Shown here piece after piece: positions 20,508 to 27,716 of a stretch of DNA of 64,000 bases. A program made the position numbers and the translations under genes. Under the pieces are notes generated by a model. It did not search any database, had not been told where the DNA came from, and worked only from the letters and a program-made list of their open reading frames with translations. The DNA comes from Candidatus Aceula meridiana (GTDB lineage Bacteria > Omnitrophota > Gorgyraeia > Zapsychrales > Aceulaceae). How positions within the stretch are numbered: position 1 is the first letter of the stretch; the number at the start of each line of letters is the position of its first letter. The stretch spans positions 315,538-379,537 of the forward strand of contig JAVCDE010000024.1 of assembly GCA_030765185.1 (NCBI GenBank), written 5' to 3'.

Positions 20508-20650
20508 TCTAACACGCTGCTCAAAAAAATTCTAAAAGTTATTGGAATTTAGTGTGTGTCTCTATAAATAAAAAAGACCCCGCCAAGGGGGTGTTGCGAC
20601 TTTTCTGGAGATTTTTACCCGACCATCAGGCTACGAACCTGATTCTTTTA

Positions 20651-20722
20651 CTTCCTAACTTATTGATATAAAACAAAAAGGCACATAACCTTGTGAGCTA
20701 TGTGCCAGATTTGTGCCAAAAT
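20651..20722. repeat. ~72-bp repeated intergenic element, copy 1 (hairpin GGCACATAAC..TATGTGCC + T-run on minus strand)
   Basis: ~66/72 identical to 35021-35092; on the minus strand it forms an 8-bp stem followed by TTTTTGTTTTAT, i.e. an intrinsic terminator after the cargo operon. Confidence 0.65.
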
Positions 20723-20780
20723 TAAATATCAAAACGCTTTTTTTATTGCTGACTGAACATTTTCATTCGGCTAGCCGCTT

Positions 20781-21548
20781 TCATCCATGCTTAGCTTTTT
20801 CTTTAAGGCTCTCTTTCCACAAAGTAGGATTAATCTTAACATTAAACTTTTCATGAACTAAACACATAAAATAAGATAATGCTTGAGACACCCTAAAAGA
20901 GTCAAACGTCCATTTGTCGCCGAGAGATGAAACATCTTCATGCACAGCTTGGTTTCTGCAAGCGTCCATCTTTTTAATTTCTTCAATGTCAAAAAGGTAA
21001 TCTCTAATCGGCTGGTAACCCTTGGGAGGTTCGCATAAAGCAAAAAGTATATCAATCTTATCTAAGAGTGATTTTCTTTCCAGCTTCTCTTTTTCGATAA
21101 ACTCACTAATTATTTCTTCTTCCTTTTTTTGTATATCAAGAAATTTAACTTTTTTCTCTCCGTACCTACCCGCAAATGACAATACCGACACCTCCTTAAC
21201 TACTTTAATCATGTCGTAAAGAAAACTATCGATAACTGAATGTGCAAAAATCAACACAGATGCATCAAAGAAATTCTTTGTATTATCAGCATCTAGCTTT
21301 GCCATAGATTTTGCTATCTCTCCGCTTCCCCCTGAACTATCAAAAAACCCCTTCTTATCAATGAAGATGCTATCGTACTGGCTGCCCTTTTCCATTTCAC
21401 TTACAAATCTTTCCGCCTCTTGCTGAAACTTACCATTAATTTCATTTTCTAGTGAGAAATAAGCTCTTCTAAATTGACTAATCTGATGTATTTTTTGAGT
21501 GGCGTTTATCCATGAAGTTGTGAATAACCTCTCCGCATTTTCGTTCAT
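20781..21548 (-). CDS. hypothetical protein, island cargo gene B (HEPN-like Rx4H motif; possible NTase-like GS..DxD motif)
   Basis: 255 aa; C-terminal ACRNQAVHED (R-x4-H); N-terminal half FFDSSGGSGEIAKSMAKLDADN (GS-x11-DxD); 30-nt gap to upstream gene A. Confidence 0.45.
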   Translation of the reverse strand: MNENAERLFTTSWINATQKIHQISQFRRAYFSLENEINGKFQQEAERFVSEMEKGSQYDSIFIDKKGFFDSSGGSGEIAKSMAKLDADNTKNFFDASVLIFAHSVIDSFLYDMIKVVKEVSVLSFAGRYGEKKVKFLDIQKKEEEIISEFIEKEKLERKSLLDKIDILFALCEPPKGYQPIRDYLFDIEEIKKMDACRNQAVHEDVSSLGDKWTFDSFRVSQALSYFMCLVHEKFNVKINPTLWKESLKEKAKHG

Positions 21549-21578
21549 TCTCGTTCTCCTTTGCTGAATTCTTCTCTC

Positions 21579-22217
21579 TTAGCTAGTGACAAACGGAAAG
21601 AACCCGTTCGGCTCTGGCAACAATTTGGCGATCGCATGGCCACTAGTATTTTTGACAAAAGCCGGAGCAAGAAGCCAGACTTCATTAAAAGGTTCAATAG
21701 GCATATCACCACAATGTGCATATAGTTTATCTAGCATTAAATTATTTTTATCAAAATTTAAATATATCAATAAGTTTGTACTCCTAACTACGCTATATTT
21801 CTTGTCGAGCTTCTTCTGAATTGCCTGTCTCGCATACATCAACGCTTCTTCCAAGGCAATAGGTCGGTATTCTTTTGCTTCAGACGGCCTTCCCTTCTTG
21901 ACCCACTCTCTATATTCCTCTGTTCTTTTACGTCCTTCTTTTTGTCTTTCTGTAATTTGATAGTCAACAATTTCATTATCAATCTTAACAATTGCATCAG
22001 CTGGCTCTTCATGGTTCTCGCCCATTTTAACCTGCACGGCACAATGCTTTAACTTCTGGAATCCTATACAAAAGTGAGAAATTATCCAAGCCTCCATTAC
22101 GATGTCATAACCGGTCTCAATAAAAATTCTCTCATCGTTCAAAGGTTTGATCTCAGCCAACAGTTGATCTGGTGACTGAAAAATAAAGAAATTCTTAGAA
22201 ATTTCACTCATGTGCAA
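21579..22217 (-). CDS. hypothetical protein, island cargo gene A
   Basis: 212 aa; charged central segment ERQKEGRKRTEEYREWVKKGRPSEAKEYRP; no family recognised; operonic with gene B. Confidence 0.45.
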   Translation of the reverse strand: MHMSEISKNFFIFQSPDQLLAEIKPLNDERIFIETGYDIVMEAWIISHFCIGFQKLKHCAVQVKMGENHEEPADAIVKIDNEIVDYQITERQKEGRKRTEEYREWVKKGRPSEAKEYRPIALEEALMYARQAIQKKLDKKYSVVRSTNLLIYLNFDKNNLMLDKLYAHCGDMPIEPFNEVWLLAPAFVKNTSGHAIAKLLPEPNGFFPFVTS

Positions 22218-22407
22218 TATTTTAACATAATGGTTAAGGGAATTATAAATAAAAATGCGGATAACACAAGCGGATAATTGTGGCTGCTGAATAAATTATC
22301 TTTTTCACCGACCCTCAGACTGGCAACCTGAAGGTCATGAAAGACAAAGCATTGCAGATACATTAGCTATATTTTTGCTAGTCGGTTAAAAAGCCGACCA
22401 GCTTTTG

Positions 22408-22599
22408 TTATGGAGTTCTTTTATTTTTAAAAAACTCAATAACTACCTGAGGTTCAAACCGCAAATACTTTCCTAATTTCACATGCGGAATAGCCTCCAG
22501 ACCTTGACAGGTCCTTTGATAGATCCAGCTAACGGGAACACTGAGGATTTGCGCCATCTCTTGAACTGATACCAGTCTCATTTGTTCCATAATATTCAT
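22408..22599 (-). CDS. AlpA/excisionase-family HTH DNA-binding protein
   Basis: 63 aa; MAQILSVPVSWIYQRT...LPHVKLGKYLRF motif of excisionase-type HTH_17; overlaps XRE gene by 1 nt. Confidence 0.6.
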   Translation of the reverse strand: MNIMEQMRLVSVQEMAQILSVPVSWIYQRTCQGLEAIPHVKLGKYLRFEPQVVIEFFKNKRTP

Positions 22600-22802
22600 T
22601 ATTCATCCAAGAAATATGATGTAGGTTTCTTGAGAACCTTGGAAACCTTTACTAAAGTCTCCAAGGTAGGCAAAGAAATTCCATTTTCATATCTAGAAAT
22701 ACTTTTTTGTTTAGCTTTTATTTTTTCGGCAAGGTCTGTTTGTGTTAAATCTAATTCTACGCGAGCTATCTTGATTTTCTTTCCTAGTTTTTTCGCATCC
22801 AT
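22599..22802 (-). CDS. XRE-family HTH transcriptional repressor
   Basis: 67 aa; IKIARVELDLTQTDLAEKIKAKQKSISRYENGISLPTLETLVKVSKVL is a canonical HTH_XRE; divergent from a consensus promoter. Confidence 0.8.
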   Translation of the reverse strand: MDAKKLGKKIKIARVELDLTQTDLAEKIKAKQKSISRYENGISLPTLETLVKVSKVLKKPTSYFLDE

Positions 22803-22821
22803 AAAGACTCCTAAATACTAC

Positions 22822-22849
22822 TTGACAAATATACCCTTCAAGGTATAAT
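22822..22849 (+). promoter_or_regulatory. consensus sigma70-type promoter with CCTT-c-AAGG dyad in the spacer
   Basis: TTGACA-16nt-TATAAT; 20 nt from the divergent XRE start; points toward the recombinase gene (phage immunity-region-like layout). Confidence 0.55.
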
Positions 22850-23113
22850 TTAGACATACACGCTAAAATAAAAAATGCACCTAACTGTAATTAATATATA
22901 CCTCTGAATGGATAAAATCAACAATTAAACATTAAAATGCCAGTCTCCGCAATCACCCCAAATATTATTAAGCCCTCATTACAAATTTCTCTGTGCTGGA
23001 AAGATTGCCATTCTGCCCAGAAGGTTCTCGATGTTGTTTGTCAAATTATTGCCTCTGAATACGTTGTGACCGCTAAAGAGCATCCTGAACTTTTTTCGAC
23101 TAAGGAATAATCT

Positions 23114-24829
23114 ATGCGCGCCTCTATTTACGCCAGATACTCTTCTCAAAATCAAAGCGAAAAAAGCATCGAAGACCAGATAAGGGTCTGCAAAAAATAT
23201 TGTACAGAAAACAATATCACGGTTAATGAAAATAGCATCTATATCGATGAAGCTACGTCAGGCTCTCTTGTAAAAAGATTCGGCCTCGGAGCCCTTGAAA
23301 TCGCAGCCGAAAACAAAGAATTCGACGCCATAGTAGTTGACGATCTCTCGCGTCTTTCCAGAAGCAATCACCAGATGCTTACCCTGGTTCTCAAATTTAA
23401 CTACCTTCAAGTCAAGCTCATTTCTGTTTCTGACGGAATCATTACAGATGATGAAAATTCCAAGCTCGGGATTCAGATGCGGGGACTTATTAACGAGCTC
23501 TATCTCGACGACTTAAAGAAAAAAACTATGCGAGGACTTGAAGGACAAAAACTGCGAGGTTTTAGCGCCGGAGAAAGTGTCTACGGCTATCTGACAAATC
23601 CCTTCGGTGATCTAAAAATGAATCGAAAAGGCATAGCGAAATATGAAGGCAAGGTTCACAAGATTAATCCTGATGAAGCCGAGATAGTAAAAAGAATTTA
23701 TTTGGACTTCGTTTCCGGAAAAAGTACTCACAAGATCGTTGAGCAACTCAATATCGATAAAATCCCGACAAAAAAACACCTCAAGGGTGGCTGGAACATA
23801 TCAACGGTCTGCCGAATCCTTAAAAATGAGAAGTACATCGGTATCTGGAAATGGAAGACACATAAAAGCGTTAGAGACCCAATTACGGGGAAGAGAAAAT
23901 CTATCTCTCGCCCAGAAAGCGAACATCTCTCCTTCTCTCGGGAAGATCTTATTATCATTAATAAAGAGCTCTGGAACAAGGCCCAGGAGCACTGGGCCGA
24001 CCTTAAAGGAACCTGGCCAATAAGCAAGAAAAAGAAAACTTACTATCAACAGAAAAGCTATGTTCACACTAGCCCTACTCACCTATTCTCAGGGCTGATG
24101 AAATGCAAAGCCTGCGGAGGTGCTATTTTGCTTGTCAGCGGTAAAGGATTAGGATATTACGGCTGTTACAATGCCCGGCGAAAAACCTGCAACAACACCC
24201 TGCTCGTTCCTCGTAAAAGGCTTGAGCAGATCATCATTGGTAAGCTGCGAGAAAAACTGCTAACCACGAATAACCTAGAATATGTTTATCGGAATATCGA
24301 AAAACTAATTGCCTCAGGACTCAACGAAGTCCCTGAATTGACAAAAAAGAAAAAGGCACAACTTGAAAAAATTAAGACAGAAATGCACAATTATCTAAAT
24401 TTTATTAGGGCTGGAAATTTCTCAAAGACCGTATCTGAGGCCTTGAATGAAGCGGAAAAGAAAAACAGCGAACTGGAGCAAGAAATTACGGCCTTAGAAT
24501 TTCAACAAAATAATAATTTTAAGGCGCCGCCGAAAGAATGGATCAGTCATCGGCTAGAACGACTAACTGAAACGCTAAACAAAGATACCGTCGCCTCTTC
24601 CTCAGCGCTTAAAGAACTATTGTCACCGATAACCCTTGAGCCTATCTTAAATAAAGAAGTCGACTTATATCGCCTTTTTGAAGGCAACGACAAGGAATTC
24701 AAGCCCTATTACGTAGCCCATACAAAAATCAACACCTTGTCCCTATTAGACGAGAAGGGCCAAGGTGCGAATTGGTATCAATGGTGGAGGCGCGGAGAAT
24801 CGAACTCCGGTCCTTGTGTTACCCAATAA
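23114..24829 (+). CDS. large serine recombinase (site-specific integrase)
   Basis: N-terminal resolvase catalytic domain (ASIYARYSSQNQSE...QIRVC, Ser nucleophile), recombinase domain, C-terminal zinc-ribbon Cys pairs and coiled-coil; 571 aa; last 16 codons are encoded by the tmRNA 3' end. Confidence 0.9.
   Translation: MRASIYARYSSQNQSEKSIEDQIRVCKKYCTENNITVNENSIYIDEATSGSLVKRFGLGALEIAAENKEFDAIVVDDLSRLSRSNHQMLTLVLKFNYLQVKLISVSDGIITDDENSKLGIQMRGLINELYLDDLKKKTMRGLEGQKLRGFSAGESVYGYLTNPFGDLKMNRKGIAKYEGKVHKINPDEAEIVKRIYLDFVSGKSTHKIVEQLNIDKIPTKKHLKGGWNISTVCRILKNEKYIGIWKWKTHKSVRDPITGKRKSISRPESEHLSFSREDLIIINKELWNKAQEHWADLKGTWPISKKKKTYYQQKSYVHTSPTHLFSGLMKCKACGGAILLVSGKGLGYYGCYNARRKTCNNTLLVPRKRLEQIIIGKLREKLLTTNNLEYVYRNIEKLIASGLNEVPELTKKKKAQLEKIKTEMHNYLNFIRAGNFSKTVSEALNEAEKKNSELEQEITALEFQQNNNFKAPPKEWISHRLERLTETLNKDTVASSSALKELLSPITLEPILNKEVDLYRLFEGNDKEFKPYYVAHTKINTLSLLDEKGQGANWYQWWRRGESNSGPCVTQ
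24782..24802. repeat. att direct repeat (right boundary) inside tmRNA 3' end
   Basis: see left repeat; lies in T-arm/acceptor/CCA region of tmRNA. Confidence 0.7.
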
Positions 24830-25179
24830 TAGCCTCTACATGCATAGTTTGTTTTTTAGAATCTCATCTCAGTCACTTTAAACAAACAAACATTACTGAA
24901 ACCAGCCTTTTAAATCTCATTTCACTAATAAAGGCAACCAGTGAAACCAGCCTACTAAATGACCTCTCTTAAAACCCGTAGACAAAACTCTAAGAAAGGG
25001 CCTAGTTTGGTTAAACTAGGGCTGGTTCGCCAGCGAAAATCGGTTCAACGATTTCGTTAGCTTGCGCAATTAGTGTATTTGCGTTTAATTTGTGCCAGGA
25101 TGATTAACGAGGCCAACCAGGCGTCCTCGGCATGCCACTACTATCGGAGTCAAACTCAAGTCGAAACCAGGTCGCCCCC
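24782..25179 (-). ncRNA. ssrA: tmRNA (SsrA)
   Basis: minus strand 5' GGGGGCGACCUGGUUUCGAC...GCAUGCCGAGG... and 3' ...CCGGAGUUCGAUUCUCCGCGCCUCCACCA; acceptor stem with G3-U70 wobble; adjacent to smpB. Confidence 0.8.
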
Positions 25180-25240
25180 ATAGTGAAAAAAGTATACTTG
25201 ATGAAAGAAGAAAATGCAAGGGGTAGTTAAAAGACAAGGT

Positions 25241-25726
25241 CTATTTTCTACTTGTTCGTACGGCTCTATCTAAGTCCTTCTTGATATCACGCTTTTTAAT
25301 GGTTTCGCGCTTATCATAAAGTTTTTTACCCTTCACAAGCCCAAGACTCACCTTCACAAAATTATGTTTATTCAAAAAAATAGATAAAGGAACCAAGGTC
25401 AGGCCTTTTTGAATCATTTGACCTAAAATCTTTTTGATTTCGTTTTTATGCAAAAGAAGTTTACGCGCGCGGTCGCTGTCAGGATTTAAATAGCTTGCTT
25501 GCGCATACGGGTCGATATGAAGGCTGTGCAAAAGAATTTCTTTTTTCTCAATACGGGCAAAACTGTCTCTAAAATGAACATGCCCTGCGCGAACAGACTT
25601 GACTTCGCTTCCCTTTAGTTCGATACCGCACTCATAGCGATCGACAACAAAGTAGTTGCGAAAAGCTTTTTTATTAGTTGCAATATTTTTTGATTCCATA
25701 GGACAAGACTTTCTTTCTTTTGACAA
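25241..25726 (-). CDS. smpB: SsrA-binding protein SmpB
   Basis: NKKAFRNYFVVDRYECGIELKGSEVKS...HIDPY...LLLHKNEIKKI motifs of SmpB; likely true start at internal ATG (25699). Confidence 0.9.
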   Translation of the reverse strand: MSKERKSCPMESKNIATNKKAFRNYFVVDRYECGIELKGSEVKSVRAGHVHFRDSFARIEKKEILLHSLHIDPYAQASYLNPDSDRARKLLLHKNEIKKILGQMIQKGLTLVPLSIFLNKHNFVKVSLGLVKGKKLYDKRETIKKRDIKKDLDRAVRTSRK

Positions 25727-25831
25727 TAATCACGTTATTATACCATAACAAAAACAAGGCGCAATCACCCCGAGGAACAATTGATACATACGCTCCCTTT
25801 GAAAAAGGTCTCTTAAGTATAAATCCTTCGG

Positions 25832-25860
25832 TTGACAGGTTGAGCTTTTGCCGATATACT
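25832..25860 (+). promoter_or_regulatory. sigma70-type promoter upstream of tRNA-Leu locus
   Basis: TTGACA-17nt-TATACT, ~20 nt before first tRNA-Leu 5' fragment. Confidence 0.45.
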
Positions 25861-25881
25861 TTTTTTAGCTGAAAGATTTCT

Positions 25882-25906
25882 GCCGAAGTGGCGGAATTGG
25901 CAAACC
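25882..25906 (+). pseudogene. tRNA-Leu 5' fragment (acceptor + D-arm only)
   Basis: GCCGAAGTGGCGGAATTGGCAAACC matches 5' third of a tRNA-Leu; no anticodon/T arms follow. Confidence 0.5.
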
Positions 25907-25968
25907 AGCTTTCCTTTTTTGATTAAAGCGGTAGTTGGCGCGCACCTGTTCCTTTTTTAAAAATTTCT

Positions 25969-25993
25969 GCCGAAGTGGTGAAACTGGTAGCCC
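25969..25993 (+). pseudogene. tRNA-Leu 5' fragment, second copy
   Basis: GCCGAAGTGGTGAAACTGGTAGCCC; same 12-nt leader ATTTCTGCCGAAG as first copy. Confidence 0.5.
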
Positions 25994-26059
25994 AGATTTC
26001 CTTAAATAAATTTTAAAAGAAGCTGGTGCACACTCACTCCATCTCAAATAAATATTTTT

Positions 26060-26143
26060 GCTGGAGTGGTGAAATTGGTAGACACGCACGTTTCAGGGGC
26101 GTGTGGAAGCGATTCCATGTGGGTTCGAGTCCCACCTCCAGCA
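26060..26143 (+). tRNA. tRNA-Leu (anticodon CAG), type II with long variable arm
   Basis: acceptor GCTGGAG/CTCCAGC+A, D-arm GGTAG, anticodon stem CACGT/GCGTG with loop TTCAGGG (CAG), variable stem-loop GGAAgcgaTTCC, T-arm GGGTTCGAGTCCC; CCA not encoded. Confidence 0.8.
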
Positions 26144-26181
26144 CAAATATTTATTTAGGAAAAGTGAGTGTAGACTCTTAA

Positions 26182-26239
26182 GTACGTTTCAGGGACGTGT
26201 GGCTTCGCGGCCATAAGGGTTCGAGTCCCTTCTTCGGTA
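26182..26239 (+). pseudogene. tRNA-Leu(CAG) 3' fragment (anticodon arm to acceptor 3' strand)
   Basis: GTACGTTTCAGGGACGTG...AAGGGTTCGAGTCCCTTCTTCGGTA; its acceptor 3' strand CTTCGGT pairs with the GCCGAAG of the upstream 5' fragments, not with the intact gene. Confidence 0.5.
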
Positions 26240-26312
26240 TAAATCTCTAACTAGAAAAAACAAGTGCAGGCGTACACGCTTCAAAAGTAAAGCACTAAAC
26301 AAAAGGATTTTT

Positions 26313-27716
26313 ATGAGTAAAACTGTTCAACTTGCTGTCATCGGAGCCGGACCAGCCGGATATACGGCTGCATTCTTAGCTGCCAGCAAAGGGTTAAATA
26401 TCGCTTTAATCGACGATAGTGGTTTAATCGGCGGCACTTGCCTGCACAAAGGTTGCATCCCCTCTAAAACTCTTTTACAAATCGCTAAAACAATTAACGC
26501 CGCCAAGCAAGCCGAAAAATTCGGCGTAACATTTTCTAAGCCTAAAATTGATATTAAAAGAATTAACGCTCACAAAAATGATATTGTCAAAAAGCTTTCA
26601 TTAGGACTTGCCCAGCTTTCCAGACAACGTAAATTAAATTTCGTAACGGGCACAGCACAATTCCTAGACTCTAAAAACCTTTCCGTTGAAAAGCAAGATG
26701 GCAGTAAACTTTTCCTCACTTTTGAAAAATGCATTATCGCTACAGGATCAACGCCAATCATCCCCTCTTTTGCCTTAGAGAAATCAAAAAATATTATCAC
26801 ATCAGAACAAGCCCTAGACCTAGAAAGCATCCCCAAAACTTTGCTGATTGTTGGTGGCGGCTATATCGGACTTGAAATGGCTCAAACCTATAGCTCTTTG
26901 GGCTCCAAGGTAAGTCTCTGGGAAATGACTGGAAGTCTTTTACCAGAGTCAGATGAAGACCTTGTTCGCCCGCTTCTGCGGACTTTAAAAAAAGAAATCA
27001 CCATAAAGCTTGGGACCGCTGTCAAAACTCTTACCCCCTCTGGCAAAAGCATCAAAGCCTGCGCCGAGGAAAAAGGCAAAGAAATAACAGAACGTTTTGA
27101 AAAAGTTTTGGTGGCCGCTGGAAGAAAGCCCAACAGTAGGGGGATTAATCTTCAAAAAACAAAAATCCAGCTAGATGAAAAAGGCTTTATTCAAGTTGAT
27201 AGCACTCTTAAGACAGCTGAAGAAAATATTTATGCAATCGGCGATGTAGTTGCCGGTCCCCTGCTCGCACACAGAGCCTCCGCACAAGCGCATACTGTCG
27301 TTAAAAATGTATGCGGTGAAAGCTCTGCTTTTACACCTAGCGCTATCCCTTCGGTTGTCTACACAAGCCCTGAAGTTGCTTTCTGCGGCCTCACAGAAAC
27401 ACAAGCCCAAATACAAAACAAAGACGTTGAAATTTCCAAGCTATCTTGGGCAGCTTCCGGGCGAGCCTTAAGCCTTAATCAAACACAGGGCTTAACTAAG
27501 CTTATCTTTAATTCTTTAACAAAAAAATTGGTAGGCGCAGGAATTGTCGGCGCTGATGCAGGCGAACTTATTGCAGAATGTGTTTTAGCTGTCGAAGCAG
27601 GCCTAGATGCCAAAACCATTGCCTCAAGCATCCATCCTCATCCAACGTTATCGGAAACCATTAAAGAATGTGCAGAGAAATTCTTGGGCGAGTGCGCCCA
27701 TTCGCTTAAGAACTAA
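26313..27716 (+). CDS. lpd: dihydrolipoyl dehydrogenase
   Basis: AVIGAGPAGY FAD motif; GGTCLHKGCIPSK redox-active disulfide; NAD and dimerisation domains; 467 aa. Confidence 0.85.
   Translation: MSKTVQLAVIGAGPAGYTAAFLAASKGLNIALIDDSGLIGGTCLHKGCIPSKTLLQIAKTINAAKQAEKFGVTFSKPKIDIKRINAHKNDIVKKLSLGLAQLSRQRKLNFVTGTAQFLDSKNLSVEKQDGSKLFLTFEKCIIATGSTPIIPSFALEKSKNIITSEQALDLESIPKTLLIVGGGYIGLEMAQTYSSLGSKVSLWEMTGSLLPESDEDLVRPLLRTLKKEITIKLGTAVKTLTPSGKSIKACAEEKGKEITERFEKVLVAAGRKPNSRGINLQKTKIQLDEKGFIQVDSTLKTAEENIYAIGDVVAGPLLAHRASAQAHTVVKNVCGESSAFTPSAIPSVVYTSPEVAFCGLTETQAQIQNKDVEISKLSWAASGRALSLNQTQGLTKLIFNSLTKKLVGAGIVGADAGELIAECVLAVEAGLDAKTIASSIHPHPTLSETIKECAEKFLGECAHSLKN

Larger units (their letters stand above)
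19218..24829. mobile_element. integrative island inserted in the 3' end of ssrA (tmRNA), large-serine-recombinase type
   Basis: 21-bp direct repeat (20/21 identical) at 19218-19238 and 24782-24802, the latter being the 3' end of an intact tmRNA; recombinase ORF reads through att; excisionase + XRE repressor + cargo. Confidence 0.75.

Noticed and set aside
20618-22327. Pair of ~29-nt similar motifs (ACCCGACCATCAGGCTACGAACCTGA at 20618, ACCGACCCTCAGACTGGCAACCTGA at 22298), possibly tRNA 3'-end remnants from earlier integrations
   Set aside because: Only ~80% similar. Reverse complements do not form a convincing T-arm/acceptor. There is no CCA context. Kept only as an unexplained weak repeat.
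22582-22848. 88-aa plus-strand ORF
   Set aside because: It is antisense to the well-supported XRE repressor gene and spans the promoter. It is spurious.
23728-24082. Several 90-100-aa ORFs antisense to or out of frame with the serine recombinase. Similar antisense ORFs occur inside clpC, metG, cysS and others.
   Set aside because: They are embedded in strongly supported conserved genes. They are typical frame artefacts with no start context.
24772-24972. 66-aa plus-strand ORF
   Set aside because: It lies entirely within the tmRNA gene on the opposite strand and is spurious.
26060-26143. Possible tRNA-Sec: one register of the anticodon loop reads TCA with a long variable arm
   Set aside because: That register leaves an A-C mismatch in the anticodon stem. 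The register giving a clean 5-bp stem puts CAG at 34-36 (Leu). The acceptor stem is 7 bp, not the 8 bp of bacterial tRNA-Sec.
25870-26240. CRISPR-like array suggested by repeated ~40-nt units
   Set aside because: The repeated units are tRNA-Leu 5' fragments with variable spacing and no regular repeat-spacer periodicity. No cas genes are present in the window.
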